From sequence record KM657822: a DNA stretch of 64,000 nt. The stretch is one strand, 5' to 3'. Source of the stretch: Escherichia phage vB_EcoM-VpaE1. The notes beneath the pieces were generated by a model. The model saw only the letters and a program-made list of their open reading frames with translations. It did not search any database and was not told where the DNA came from. Shown here in pieces: positions 6,362 to 16,977 of the stretch (within the stretch, counting starts at the first letter, position 1; every line of letters begins with the position of its first letter). A program made the translations under genes and the position numbers.

Positions 6362-7963
6362 ATGGACTTAAATGCTGTTAAGCAGAAGCGAGTGGAAGAT
6401 GTTAGGAAAGTCCTAGCTGGAGAGTTGGGGCTTTCTGATGAAGTAAAAGAAATTATCAAATCATTCGGTAAAGACCCCTCTAAATTCCTTCCAACTCAAA
6501 TTCTGACTTTATTAAGATACACACCAGACCAAGTTCGCCTCATCTTTAAATTGATGACTGATAAGAACTATGTAGCCCCTCAACCGGGTTCTCAAGAGGT
6601 CTTTTTAAATACTAATGCTGACTTGGTTCTCTATGGTGGTGCTGCTGGTGCTGGTAAGACTGCCGCATTGTTAATGGACTCTTTAAGATTTATTGAAGAC
6701 CCTAACTATAATGCTGTATATTTCCGTCGAAATACAACACAATTACAAGGTGGTTTATGGCCTGCTGCAAAGAAACTATTTGGTAAGTTTGGTGGGATTC
6801 CTCACGAGCAGAAAATGACTATCACATTCCCTTCTGGGGCAACTATCAAGTTTACCTACCTAGAACTTGAAAAGCACGCTGAAGGTCATCAGGGTATTGA
6901 ATACTCAGCTATTTACTTTGACGAAGGTACACACTTCTCTGCTTCACAGATTTCATACCTACAAACCCGTCTACGTTCTGGTGCTGAAGGTGATTCATAC
7001 ATGAAGATTTCCATGAACCCAGACAGAGACCACTTTATTTACGATTGGGTAGAGCCATTCTTAGATGAAGAAGGCTATCCAGACCCTGAAAAATGTGGTC
7101 GTATTCGTTGGTATGTAATGAACGATGGTGTGATGGTTTCTGATTGGGAGAGAGACAAGATTCTTGAAATGTTCCCTCTTGAGATTCCTCAAACATACAC
7201 CTTTATCTCTGGTACGATTGATGATAACCCAATCCTTGACTTCTTAGAACCTAAGTACCGTGGTAAGTTGGAAAACAACACCCCTGTAAACGTTGCAAGA
7301 CTTCGTTTCGGTAACTGGAAGGCTCGTGCAGAAGGTTCAAACTACTGGCAAAGACAATGGTGTGAGATTGTTGATTCACTCCCAGAAGATGTATTTGATG
7401 TTAGAGCATGGGACTTAGCAGCAACTTTACCATCTGAGATTAACCCTAATCCAGACTGGACAGCAGGTGTTAAGATGGGTAAATCTAAAAAAGACGGTTG
7501 CTATTATATCATTGATGTAGTAAGATTTAGAGATAGACCCTCTGGAGTCGAAACACAAATTAATTTGACTGCTGAAAGTGACGGTAAGCGAACTGGTATT
7601 TTTATCCCTCAAGACCCAGGCGCTGCTGGTAAATCCTACGCAACATCCCTCATCAGGAAACTTGCCGAGAAAGGCTATCGTGCAAGAGCTAAACCAACAA
7701 ATAAAGATAAAGTTACCCGCTTTGCGGGATTTTCTGCTGCTTCTGAAGCTGGACTTGTAAAAGTCTTGAGAGGTAGTTGGAATGAAGCTTACTTTCAAGA
7801 GCTTGAAGGCTTTTGTGGCGATGGTAAAACTAAAGATGACCAAGTGGATGCTACCAGTGATGCTTTCAACAGTCTTAACGAAGTTAAATTATTCAAGCCA
7901 CCATCAATGGGTGCTCACACAGATTTAGTGAGGGGAAACCCATATGAGGGGCTTAGACGTTGA
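6362..7963 (+). CDS. terL: terminase large subunit
   Basis: Walker A VLYGGAAGAGKT, Walker B-like YFDEGTH; start taken at ATG 6362 behind GGAGG. Confidence 0.85.
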   Translation: MDLNAVKQKRVEDVRKVLAGELGLSDEVKEIIKSFGKDPSKFLPTQILTLLRYTPDQVRLIFKLMTDKNYVAPQPGSQEVFLNTNADLVLYGGAAGAGKTAALLMDSLRFIEDPNYNAVYFRRNTTQLQGGLWPAAKKLFGKFGGIPHEQKMTITFPSGATIKFTYLELEKHAEGHQGIEYSAIYFDEGTHFSASQISYLQTRLRSGAEGDSYMKISMNPDRDHFIYDWVEPFLDEEGYPDPEKCGRIRWYVMNDGVMVSDWERDKILEMFPLEIPQTYTFISGTIDDNPILDFLEPKYRGKLENNTPVNVARLRFGNWKARAEGSNYWQRQWCEIVDSLPEDVFDVRAWDLAATLPSEINPNPDWTAGVKMGKSKKDGCYYIIDVVRFRDRPSGVETQINLTAESDGKRTGIFIPQDPGAAGKSYATSLIRKLAEKGYRARAKPTNKDKVTRFAGFSAASEAGLVKVLRGSWNEAYFQELEGFCGDGKTKDDQVDATSDAFNSLNEVKLFKPPSMGAHTDLVRGNPYEGLRR

Positions 7964-7979
7964 TAGCTAGGTGAGAAGA

Positions 7980-9446
7980 ATGGCAGATATTACAGAAACA
8001 CAAGAAAGCTTACCACCATTTAGAATGGGTGAAGTAGGTTCTTTGGGTCTGAAGGTTAAGAATGGAAGAATCTATGAAGAACCTCGTCAGGCACTAAGGT
8101 TCCCTGAAAGTATTAAAACTTTCCAATTAATGATGCGTGACCCTGCTGTAGCAGCATCTGTAAATATTATTAAGATGTTTGTCAGAAAAGTCAACTGGAG
8201 ATTCGTACCTCCAAAGGGAAAAGAGCAAGACCCTAAAATGCTTGAAAGAGCAGACTTCTTTAATTCTTTAATGGATGACATGGAGCATGATTGGGCAGAT
8301 TTTATTAATTCTGTAATGTCATTCTGCACTTATGGGTTCTGTGTTAACGAGAAAGTTTATAAGAAGCGACAGGGTAAAAAAGGAAAGTACCAGTCAAAAT
8401 TTGATGATGGTCTAATTGGATGGGCTAAATTACCAATCAGAAACCAATCAACACTTGATAAGTGGTATTTTGACGAAGACTTTAGAAAAGTTACTGGTGT
8501 TAGACAGAATCTGAGAAATGTTTCACATATTGCTGGAGCAATTAATCTTGGAGAAAGAACACTAACAAGAAAACTTCCACGAGCTAAATTCATGCTGTTT
8601 AAGTATGATGATGAATATGGAAACCCAGAAGGTCGTTCACCATTACTTAATGCTTATGTACCGTGGAAGTATAAAGTACAGATTGAAGAGTACGAAGCTG
8701 TTGGCGTTTCAAGAGACTTGGTAGGTATGCCGAAGATTGGTTTACCACCAGATTATCTGGATGAAAATGCAGAACCTGAAAAGAAAGCTTTCGTACAATA
8801 CTGCAAAACTGTTGTTAATGATATGATTGCTAATGACAGAGCAGGTTTAATCTGGCCTAGATATATCGACCCAGATACTAAAGAGGATATTTTTGAGTTC
8901 TCATTAGTTTCTAGACAGGGTGCTAAAGCATACGATACAGGTTCTATTATTGACAGATATTCCAAGCAGATTATGATGGCATTCATGTCAGATGTTCTTG
9001 CTATGGGTCAGTCAAAATACGGTTCATTCTCTCTTGCAGATTCTAAGACAAGCTTACTAGCAATGTCGGTAGATATTCTGCTGAAGCAAATTAAGAACGT
9101 AATTAACCGTGATTTAGTTGCACAGACTTATGCTCTTAATATGTGGGATGATGAAGAACATGTACAAATCACATATGATGATATCGAAACTCCAGACCTT
9201 GAAGCAATTGGTTCTTATATTCAGAAGACTGTTGCAGTAGGTGCTTTGGAAGTTGACAAAGAGCTATCTAACAAGCTTAGAGAGCATATTGGTCTTCCTC
9301 CTGCTGATGAGTCTCAGCCAGTATCTGAAAAGCTTTCTCCAAATAGCCAAAGCCGCTCAGGAGATGGTTATAAGACCGCTGGAGAAGGTACTGCAAAGAC
9401 ACCTTCAGCGAAAGACCCAAGCACAGCAAATAAGGCAAATAAATAA
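7980..9446 (+). CDS. portal protein
   Basis: 489 aa ORF directly after terL and before prohead protease; charged C-terminus; start ATG 7980. Confidence 0.65.
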   Translation: MADITETQESLPPFRMGEVGSLGLKVKNGRIYEEPRQALRFPESIKTFQLMMRDPAVAASVNIIKMFVRKVNWRFVPPKGKEQDPKMLERADFFNSLMDDMEHDWADFINSVMSFCTYGFCVNEKVYKKRQGKKGKYQSKFDDGLIGWAKLPIRNQSTLDKWYFDEDFRKVTGVRQNLRNVSHIAGAINLGERTLTRKLPRAKFMLFKYDDEYGNPEGRSPLLNAYVPWKYKVQIEEYEAVGVSRDLVGMPKIGLPPDYLDENAEPEKKAFVQYCKTVVNDMIANDRAGLIWPRYIDPDTKEDIFEFSLVSRQGAKAYDTGSIIDRYSKQIMMAFMSDVLAMGQSKYGSFSLADSKTSLLAMSVDILLKQIKNVINRDLVAQTYALNMWDDEEHVQITYDDIETPDLEAIGSYIQKTVAVGALEVDKELSNKLREHIGLPPADESQPVSEKLSPNSQSRSGDGYKTAGEGTAKTPSAKDPSTANKANK

Positions 9447-9946
9447 TGGCTGAAGTTATCTCTATTTCAAATGCTACACGAGTGCATTCGTATAGAGGTG
9501 TTCTTATTATCACTGACAAATTATCTGTAGAGGCTGGCTCAAGGGTCAGCCTTTCAGGTTATGTAAGTGATGGTGGAACCTCTGACGTTTTCACTATTTG
9601 CAGGTTACTTGATGCTCCAATGAGTGGAAAACCGTTTATTTCAGGAAATTGTAGTGAAATTGTTAAAATTCCATTTGACAGTTCATGCCTTTTTGGTGTA
9701 AAGTTATATAACTGCGAGAATAAACGTATCAATGTTAATAGCATTGAAGCCGCTTTCATTACCCTCGACACTGCATTTCAATCTCCAATGACAGTTAATA
9801 AAGAAACAAACAGACTTGAGTACATTTTTTCACAAAATGATTACAAAGTACTTGTCAAAGGTAAAGTATATGATATGATTGTAAATGTGGTAGATGAATC
9901 TGGTAACCATTCAACAGTCCTTAAACAAAAAGTAAGGTTTAATTAA
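9446..9946 (+). CDS. hypothetical head-module protein
   Basis: 166 aa ORF coupled to portal stop. Confidence 0.4.
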   Translation: MAEVISISNATRVHSYRGVLIITDKLSVEAGSRVSLSGYVSDGGTSDVFTICRLLDAPMSGKPFISGNCSEIVKIPFDSSCLFGVKLYNCENKRINVNSIEAAFITLDTAFQSPMTVNKETNRLEYIFSQNDYKVLVKGKVYDMIVNVVDESGNHSTVLKQKVRFN

Positions 9947-10278
9947 TGGGAACATTAACTATTGATGGTAAGAATAAAATCCTCGCCACGCTAACCCCAA
10001 CGACTATTATTTTACACAATGTAGACCCAACGGCAGACCCTACAGCAAATAAGGTTACTCAGCCAGTGGCTATTTATTTTTCTGAACCGGATAATGGCTT
10101 AATTGCCTCAGAAGACACAGTTAATATTACTGTTCCATCTTCTGCAACGGTCTCACACTATAGCTTGTGGGATGCTAACGATAAATGCGTGGCAACTGGT
10201 GCTCTTAGCAAACCTCAATTCTTTGCTGAAGAAGGTATCTATGTTATCTCTTCAGTCTCTGTAGATTTAAACAAATAG
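9946..10278 (+). CDS. hypothetical head-module protein
   Basis: 110 aa ORF, ATGA-type overlap with upstream gene. Confidence 0.4.
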   Translation: MGTLTIDGKNKILATLTPTTIILHNVDPTADPTANKVTQPVAIYFSEPDNGLIASEDTVNITVPSSATVSHYSLWDANDKCVATGALSKPQFFAEEGIYVISSVSVDLNK

Positions 10279-10289
10279 GGTGAGTAAAA

Positions 10290-11636
10290 ATGAGTTCGAA
10301 TATCTTCAGACTTGCTGATAGATTATTCAACCAACCTTTACTAGCCACTGAATCATTAGCTCACTCAGCAGCAACTTATGTGAATAACAGATTGCTGGGT
10401 GATGTCCAAGCAGCAGTAAACTTTGATAAACCCAAAGGTGAAGCAAGAAGTCTTTTAAAAGTAAAAGATGACATTGCTATTATCCCTATTATGGGTGGTT
10501 TAACCCATCGTATGACATTCATTGATGCAATGTGTACAGGTGGACTAAGCTCTTATGAAGGTTTACGTAGAGGTTTTGACGAAGCTTTAGCAGATGAGTC
10601 AATTAAGACTATTGTTCTGCACATTGATTCTGGTGGTGGTGAAGCTTCAGGTTGCTTTGAATTAGCACGTCACATTATGGCTTCAAGAGGCCAAAAGAAA
10701 ATTATTGCTTATGTAGATGAGTTCGCTTGTTCCGCTGCATACGCTCTTGCATCTTCTGCTGAAGAAATTATTGCATCACCAGATGCAGATGTTGGTTCTA
10801 TCGGTGTAATCATGGTTCATCAGGAATTAACTAAGGCATTTGAAAAGAATGGCGTAACAATTAACGTCATCAAAGCTGGTGAGTTTAAAGGTATGGGTTC
10901 ACCATTCCAAGCACTCTCAGAAGAAAGCAAAGAAAGACTTCAAAAGAGAATTAATGATACCTACGCAACCTTTACAGGTTTTGTAGCCGAATCTCGTAAT
11001 CTCTCTGAAGAAGCTGTAAAGAATACTGAGGCGAATGTTTATTCTGCTCAGGAAGCTCTTGAACTTGGTTTAATTAACTCAATCATGTCTCAAGATGATT
11101 TCTTAAATTACTTACAAGGTTCTGAAGAGGCTCCTGTAAGTTTAAACGTTAACAATTCAGGTGAAGAAATGACTGAACAAGAAAAGCAAGAACTAGAAGC
11201 TTTGCGTCTTCAGGTTGCTCAAATGAAAGCTAAAGAACAGGAAGCTGCTTTGTCAGATTTGACTAATAAGATTTCTGCTTCTGCTGAAGCTTTTGGATTT
11301 GATGCAAAAGAAGTCGCAACGACTATTTTAGGTGCTGGTCTTGATAACCCTCTGAGTGTTCTGTTTATGAATGCTATGGAAGGTGCTAACCAGAAACTTA
11401 ATGAAACTATCGCGTCCCATGCTTCTGCAATGGAAGAAAAAGAATCAGAAATTACCAAGCTGAAAGAAACTGCTGGTGCTGTTCTTGAACATTCCAACGC
11501 TATGGAAGAAGTGGGTAATGACGGCGAAGCTGATTTGGTTGAAGAAGAAAAAGAACCAGCTAAAAATACTTCCGAAGACACTGCTGAACAACGCAAACTG
11601 GCTCTCCAGAATGCTCTAAAATCTCTTATCAAATAA
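10290..11636 (+). CDS. prohead protease (S49/SppA-like) fused to scaffold-like coiled coil
   Basis: S49-like core (DSGGGEASG ... CSAAYALASSAEEI ... GSIGVIMVH); C-terminal Glu/Lys/Ala-rich coiled coil. Confidence 0.7.
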   Translation: MSSNIFRLADRLFNQPLLATESLAHSAATYVNNRLLGDVQAAVNFDKPKGEARSLLKVKDDIAIIPIMGGLTHRMTFIDAMCTGGLSSYEGLRRGFDEALADESIKTIVLHIDSGGGEASGCFELARHIMASRGQKKIIAYVDEFACSAAYALASSAEEIIASPDADVGSIGVIMVHQELTKAFEKNGVTINVIKAGEFKGMGSPFQALSEESKERLQKRINDTYATFTGFVAESRNLSEEAVKNTEANVYSAQEALELGLINSIMSQDDFLNYLQGSEEAPVSLNVNNSGEEMTEQEKQELEALRLQVAQMKAKEQEAALSDLTNKISASAEAFGFDAKEVATTILGAGLDNPLSVLFMNAMEGANQKLNETIASHASAMEEKESEITKLKETAGAVLEHSNAMEEVGNDGEADLVEEEKEPAKNTSEDTAEQRKLALQNALKSLIK

Positions 11637-11647
11637 GGAACACAATA

Positions 11648-12025
11648 ATGGCATATCAAGGTTTTACTAAGTTAGGTAAAAGAGAACCTCTGAATGATAT
11701 CATTCTTTGGGAACAGATTACCCCAACAGGCCACTCTCGTAAAGAGTACACTCCAGTTGCTTCAACAGAATACCGTGTAGGTGAAGTTCTGAAAGCAGAT
11801 GGTACTAAGGTTACAGCAGGGCAAGAGGCTCAGGCTGATTCAGTATGTATCGTTAACTTTTATGCAGACTCACAACTGTCTTATCATGGTCAGTTGAAAG
11901 TTGTTGGTATTTACCGCGACGCAGAACTGAAAGACATGCTTACTCTTGAAGCAAGCGTTAATGCTGATGAAGTCAAGAAGGCTCTGGCTGCTAAAGGTAT
12001 TGATTTCGTACCAACTGGCCTGTAA
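11648..12025 (+). CDS. head decoration protein (lambda gpD-like, putative)
   Basis: 125 aa between protease and major capsid, the lambda C-D-E order. Confidence 0.4.
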   Translation: MAYQGFTKLGKREPLNDIILWEQITPTGHSRKEYTPVASTEYRVGEVLKADGTKVTAGQEAQADSVCIVNFYADSQLSYHGQLKVVGIYRDAELKDMLTLEASVNADEVKKALAAKGIDFVPTGL

Positions 12026-12058
12026 TAACAATAATAAGACATTCTGGAGAATTTTACA

Positions 12059-13165
12059 ATGTTGACTAATTCTGAAAAAAGCAGATTTTTCCTTGCTGAC
12101 CTGACTGGTGAAGTCCAGTCTATCCCAAATACTTATGGGTATATTTCCAACTTAGGTCTGTTCCGTTCAGCACCAATCACCCAAACTACTTTCCTTATGG
12201 ACTTGACTGATTGGGATGTTAGCTTGCTTGATGCGGTAGACCGTGATAGCCGTAAAGCAGAGACTAGCGCACCTGAGCGTGTTCGTCAAATTAGCTTCCC
12301 AATGATGTATTTCAAAGAAGTTGAAAGCATCACTCCTGATGAGATTCAGGGTGTACGTCAGCCAGGCACTGCAAACGAACTGACTACTGAAGCTGTAGTA
12401 CGTGCTAAGAAGCTGATGAAGATTCGTACCAAGTTCGATATTACTCGTGAGTTCCTGTTTATGCAAGCTCTGAAGGGTAAAGTTGTCGATGCTCGTGGTA
12501 CTCTGTACGCTGACCTGTACAAGCAGTTCGACGTTGAGAAGAAGACTGTTTACTTCGACCTTGACAATCCTAATGCTGACATCGATGCTTCTATCGAAGA
12601 ACTGCGTATGCACATGGAAGACGAAGCTAAGACTGGCACTGTAATCAACGGTGAAGAAATTCACGTAGTTGTTGACCGTGTATTCTTCAGCAAACTGGTT
12701 AAGCATCCTAAGATTCGTGACGCTTATCTTGCACAGCAGACTCCGCTGGCTTGGCAACAGATTACTGGTTCTCTGAGAACTGGTGGTACTGACGGCGTTC
12801 AGGCTCATATGAACACCTTCTACTACGGTGGTGTTAAGTTTGTCCAGTACAACGGTAAGTTCAAAGACAAGCGTGGTAAGGTTCACACTCTGGTGAGCAT
12901 TGATAGTGTAGCAGCAACTGTTGGTGTTGGTCATGCCTTCCCTAACGTATCTATGCTGGGTGAAGCTAACAACATCTTCGAAGTGGCATATGGCCCATGT
13001 CCTAAGATGGGTTATGCAAATACACTTGGTCAGGAACTGTACGTATTTGAATACGAAAAAGACCGTGACGAAGGTATTGACTTCGAAGCTCACTCTTACA
13101 TGCTGCCATACTGCACTCGTCCTCAGTTGCTGGTAGATGTTCGCGCTGACGCTAAAGGTGGCTAA
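12059..13165 (+). CDS. major capsid protein (lambda gpE-like)
   Basis: 368 aa after protease and decoration genes; strongly biased codon usage. Confidence 0.65.
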   Translation: MLTNSEKSRFFLADLTGEVQSIPNTYGYISNLGLFRSAPITQTTFLMDLTDWDVSLLDAVDRDSRKAETSAPERVRQISFPMMYFKEVESITPDEIQGVRQPGTANELTTEAVVRAKKLMKIRTKFDITREFLFMQALKGKVVDARGTLYADLYKQFDVEKKTVYFDLDNPNADIDASIEELRMHMEDEAKTGTVINGEEIHVVVDRVFFSKLVKHPKIRDAYLAQQTPLAWQQITGSLRTGGTDGVQAHMNTFYYGGVKFVQYNGKFKDKRGKVHTLVSIDSVAATVGVGHAFPNVSMLGEANNIFEVAYGPCPKMGYANTLGQELYVFEYEKDRDEGIDFEAHSYMLPYCTRPQLLVDVRADAKGG

Positions 13166-13185
13166 TAAACTTAGGAGGGTTATGA

Positions 13186-13635
13186 ATGTGTTATACAGGC
13201 GACCCAGCCAATAACCCTCTTGATAGAGTAAGAATCCTCTGCACAGACACTAATAATGATGAAATTCTTATTGAACAGTCTGTGCTAGAGTGGTTCTATC
13301 TAGAATCTGGAAAGGATGAAAAGAAAGCAGCCATCAAAGCTCTTAAATATTTACTCTTTCAAGTAGCCAAGATGGGAGATGAGAAGGTTGGTGGTGTTTA
13401 TTTACGTAACTCTTCCAGATTCAAATCTCTGAAAGCTGTTTATGACGACCTTGTTAAAAGCTCTGTTTCAGGACTACCCTATGCAGGTGGTATTAATCAG
13501 TGTGATATTGACATGCGTCGTCAGAATCCTTGCTCTGTCAAGAAATACACAGAATATGGTGATGCTGCCAGATACGAAGGCAGAGATTACTGCAACCGTG
13601 TTAATGGCGTATTTATTATCGAGCGAGATGAATAA
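13186..13635 (+). CDS. hypothetical head-tail joining protein
   Basis: 149 aa ORF in head-to-tail transition. Confidence 0.35.
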   Translation: MCYTGDPANNPLDRVRILCTDTNNDEILIEQSVLEWFYLESGKDEKKAAIKALKYLLFQVAKMGDEKVGGVYLRNSSRFKSLKAVYDDLVKSSVSGLPYAGGINQCDIDMRRQNPCSVKKYTEYGDAARYEGRDYCNRVNGVFIIERDE

Positions 13636-14117
13636 TGGTTAAAAGGGTTATTCACCCCGCTAGAGCAAAATTAGTCGGGGCTATGAAGAACTTGCAAACG
13701 GCTAATGCTCAAGTTGGGTATTTTCAAGAACAAGGTCAACATAGCTCTGGTTTTTCTTATCCTGCTTTAATGTATTTACAAGAGGTTATTGGGGTTCCTT
13801 CAGCTTCTGGTAAAGTATATCGTAGGTTGTTTGAAATCACTATGATGCTAAACAAACAGACCTTGTTAGAGCAGACTAAGAAGAATCTATATAAGCAACT
13901 TAGCAGTCTCAACACAGACCCTTCAAATACCTTAGAAGCATTTGCAAAGAATGCTCAAAAGGCAATTAAAAGGGGTTTTGGTAATTCTGCTATCCTCCCT
14001 CCTAACGCACCTTCCACAGTCAAGAAAAAAGGCTTTAACGCACCTCTTGTTGAGACAGGTGACTTAAGGGATAACCTTGCTTATAAAATTTCTACTAAGA
14101 AGGGTATTAAAAAATGA
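13635..14117 (+). CDS. hypothetical head-tail joining protein
   Basis: 160 aa ORF, overlapping start/stop. Confidence 0.35.
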   Translation: MVKRVIHPARAKLVGAMKNLQTANAQVGYFQEQGQHSSGFSYPALMYLQEVIGVPSASGKVYRRLFEITMMLNKQTLLEQTKKNLYKQLSSLNTDPSNTLEAFAKNAQKAIKRGFGNSAILPPNAPSTVKKKGFNAPLVETGDLRDNLAYKISTKKGIKK

Positions 14118-14515
14118 GACTCTTAAACAGACACAGCTTTGTAGTAAAGCGTAAAGTCTCTGAAGACGGTCATTATAATGATGATGGTGATTGGGTAGCT
14201 TCACAAGATATTGTAGAGGTTAACTGTAAAGGTAATATCCAGCCATATATCAAAGGCTCTGTAAAGAATGGTACACAGATTGCTTTACCGGAAGGTATTA
14301 GACTCACCGATACAAGAATCCTATATACCACATATAAACTTAGAACTTCAGATGATGTAGAGTGGAATGAGTCTGATATTGTTATGATTGATGGTCATGA
14401 GTATGAAGTATTTATGACTATGGATTGGTCACAGCAATTAGCCCATACGTCCCATTATGAATATATCATTATTAGAAGGGATAAAATGAATGCAGTTAGA
14501 AACAGCAGAACTTGA
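14114..14515 (+). CDS. hypothetical neck/tail completion protein
   Basis: 133 aa ORF. Confidence 0.35.
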   Translation: MRLLNRHSFVVKRKVSEDGHYNDDGDWVASQDIVEVNCKGNIQPYIKGSVKNGTQIALPEGIRLTDTRILYTTYKLRTSDDVEWNESDIVMIDGHEYEVFMTMDWSQQLAHTSHYEYIIIRRDKMNAVRNSRT

Positions 14516-15089
14516 AAAAGGTCTAGTTAGAACCTTAGTGGATGTTATTGGTCACAGACTAGCTCGTGATAAAAATAATAGACCAAATGTAATTAGAGCT
14601 TACCCTTCTGATAACTCGAATGACAAAGGTTTAAAACCTGACCAGCCATTTATCACCGTATATTGTCAAGATGCTGCAACACCTTATGGTTGGGTTCTTG
14701 ATAAGTTTGTTGAGGATGATGTAGTTTGCTACAGAATTGCTTTTCAAATTCCTGTATTGATTACGGTAAATGGTAAAGGTGCTCACAGTATTATGCTTGA
14801 GCTTAAACAACGATTAGAGATGAGTTCAGTCAGAGATTTAATCCTTGAAGAGACAGGAGCTACAGTCTTAGACACTGGAGCTATCCCGAATGACTATACC
14901 TATCTCAATACAGATTTCGAAAATTCTGCGCCTCTTGTTGTAACTCTTGTAAAAAACTCAGTCCTGAAAGATGAACGTGGAAGTATTATTGAGCGTGTCA
15001 TTGTTGATGGTGAGTTTGTTTATGAAGAAGGACAAGAGCCACCAGAATATACTATCCATCTAGATGTAGACTCCAAAGGGGTAAAATAA
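14490..15089 (+). CDS. hypothetical neck/tail completion protein
   Basis: 199 aa ORF. Confidence 0.35.
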   Translation: MQLETAELEKGLVRTLVDVIGHRLARDKNNRPNVIRAYPSDNSNDKGLKPDQPFITVYCQDAATPYGWVLDKFVEDDVVCYRIAFQIPVLITVNGKGAHSIMLELKQRLEMSSVRDLILEETGATVLDTGAIPNDYTYLNTDFENSAPLVVTLVKNSVLKDERGSIIERVIVDGEFVYEEGQEPPEYTIHLDVDSKGVK

Positions 15090-16442
15090 ATGTGGAATCC
15101 AATTGTTAATGTAGATATTACATTGAACACCGCAGGAACTACAAGAGAAGGTTTTGGTTTGCCACTATTCTTAGCTTCAACAGATAACTTTGAAGAAAGA
15201 GTGCGTGGCTACACTTCCTTAACTGAAGTTGCTGAAGATTTCGATGAGAGGTCTGCTGCATATAAGGCTGCTAAACAACTTTGGAGTCAGACTCCTAAAG
15301 TAACTCAGCTTTATATTGGTAGACGTGCTATGCAGTACACTGTATCAATTCCTAATGCTGTTACTGAAAGTACTGACTATTCAATTACTGTAGCTGTTGG
15401 TGGTGGAATTTCTCAACCATACCAGTACACAGCACAAGACTCAGACACTGCTGAGAACGTGTTGCAACAGTTTAAAACACAGATTGAAGCTGACCCAACA
15501 ATCAAAGATAAGGTTTCTGTGAACGTAACTGGTAGCAATGGTTCTGCCACAATGGTTATTACCAAAGCTGGTGATAATGACTTTGTGAAAGTAACAACTA
15601 CAGCACAGACTGTATATATTGCAAGTACAACTGCTGATACAGCATCAACTGCTCTGGCAGCTATTGAAGCTTATTCTACTGACTGGTATTTCATTGCAGC
15701 AGAAGATAGAACTCAACAGTTTGTCTTAGCAATGGCTTCTGAGATTCAGGCTCGCAAGAAAATCTTCTTTACAGCTAACTCCGATGTAACAGCACTGCAA
15801 GGTACAGAGTTAGCCAGTGCAAATGATGTTCCAGCACAGCTTGCTAAGAGTATGTATACTCGCACAGTTTGCTTGTGGCATCACACAGCGGCAGAAGATT
15901 ATCCAGAGATGGCATACATTGCTTATGGTGCTCCATATGATGCAGGTTCAATTGCTTGGGGTAATGCTCAGCTAACTGGTGTAGCTGCTTCTCTACAGCC
16001 AGCTAATAAGAGACCTCTGACAAGTATTCAGAAGTCAGCTTTAGATGCACGTCACTGTAACTTTATTGACCTTGATGGTGGTGTTCCAGTGGTTCGTAGA
16101 GGGATTACTTCTGGTGGGGAATGGATTGATATCGTCCGTGGTGTTGACTGGTTAGAATCAGACCTGAAAACTTCTCTGAGAGACTTGCTAATTAACCAGA
16201 AGGGTGGTAAGATTACTTATGATGATACTGGTATTACCCGTATTCGTCAAGTCATTGAAACCTCTCTACAAAGAGCAGTCAACAGAAACTTCCTGTCATC
16301 TTACACAGTTAATGTTCCTAAAGCCTCTCAAGTTGCTTTGGCAGACAAGAAAGCTCGTATCCTGAAAGACGTTACCTTCTCAGGTATCTTAGCAGGGGCT
16401 ATCTTGGATGTTGACTTGAAAGGTACAGTGGCTTACGAATAA
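15090..16442 (+). CDS. putative tail sheath or major tail structural protein
   Basis: 450 aa ORF immediately upstream of tube-like gene, chaperone pair and tape measure. Confidence 0.35.
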   Translation: MWNPIVNVDITLNTAGTTREGFGLPLFLASTDNFEERVRGYTSLTEVAEDFDERSAAYKAAKQLWSQTPKVTQLYIGRRAMQYTVSIPNAVTESTDYSITVAVGGGISQPYQYTAQDSDTAENVLQQFKTQIEADPTIKDKVSVNVTGSNGSATMVITKAGDNDFVKVTTTAQTVYIASTTADTASTALAAIEAYSTDWYFIAAEDRTQQFVLAMASEIQARKKIFFTANSDVTALQGTELASANDVPAQLAKSMYTRTVCLWHHTAAEDYPEMAYIAYGAPYDAGSIAWGNAQLTGVAASLQPANKRPLTSIQKSALDARHCNFIDLDGGVPVVRRGITSGGEWIDIVRGVDWLESDLKTSLRDLLINQKGGKITYDDTGITRIRQVIETSLQRAVNRNFLSSYTVNVPKASQVALADKKARILKDVTFSGILAGAILDVDLKGTVAYE

Positions 16443-16457
16443 TAGAGGTAAATTGGA

Positions 16458-16904
16458 ATGGCTATGTATCAGCAATATTCCCCTAAAGACGTTGTATGTA
16501 GCTGGAATGGTATTGCCATTGAAGGCTTTGCCCCAGACTCATTCTTACGTCTACAGAGAACATCACCACTTGTGACACCAGTCGTTGGTGCAGGTGGTCA
16601 GGTTGCTCTGACAAGAAATGCAGACAAGACAGGTACTATTGAGATTGAGCTAATGCAGACTTCTCTCTCTAACCAGATGCTTTCTGCAATTCAAGCTAAA
16701 CAAGACAATATGGAACTTGAAGAAGATATCTCTTCTAACTTCGTAATCTACGACCCATCAGGCTCTGTTCTGGCAACTGGTATTAATGCTTGGTTGCAGG
16801 AGTTACCACAGATTGAACTTGGTCGTGACCAGAACTCTAAAACTTGGATTTTTGGTTGTGAGAAGCTAGACTACACTTCTACAATTCCAGCGTCAAGTGT
16901 TTAA
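16458..16904 (+). CDS. putative tail tube protein
   Basis: 148 aa ORF followed by a strong terminator, as for an abundant structural gene. Confidence 0.4.
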   Translation: MAMYQQYSPKDVVCSWNGIAIEGFAPDSFLRLQRTSPLVTPVVGAGGQVALTRNADKTGTIEIELMQTSLSNQMLSAIQAKQDNMELEEDISSNFVIYDPSGSVLATGINAWLQELPQIELGRDQNSKTWIFGCEKLDYTSTIPASSV

Positions 16905-16916
16905 TAAATCCTATAA

Positions 16917-16949
16917 GGGGGAGACTTTAAAAGGTCTTCCCCTTTTTTG
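16917..16949 (+). terminator. rho-independent terminator
   Basis: GGGGGAGAC-tttaaaa-GGTCTTCCCC followed by TTTTTTG. Confidence 0.55.
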
Positions 16950-16977
16950 TTTCTTTTAAAAGTATTAAGGAATCACA

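Noticed and set aside
7427-7843. 138 aa ORF on the - strand
   Set aside because: Antisense to the terminase large subunit; spurious
12167-13093. 308 aa ORF on the - strand
   Set aside because: Fully antisense to the major capsid gene, low-complexity composition, no SD; an artifact of stop-poor antisense frames
15090-16442. Alternative call of this 450 aa ORF as a second major capsid protein
   Set aside because: Sits after the head-tail joining genes and directly before tube/chaperone/tape measure, so a tail role is more consistent; call kept tentative
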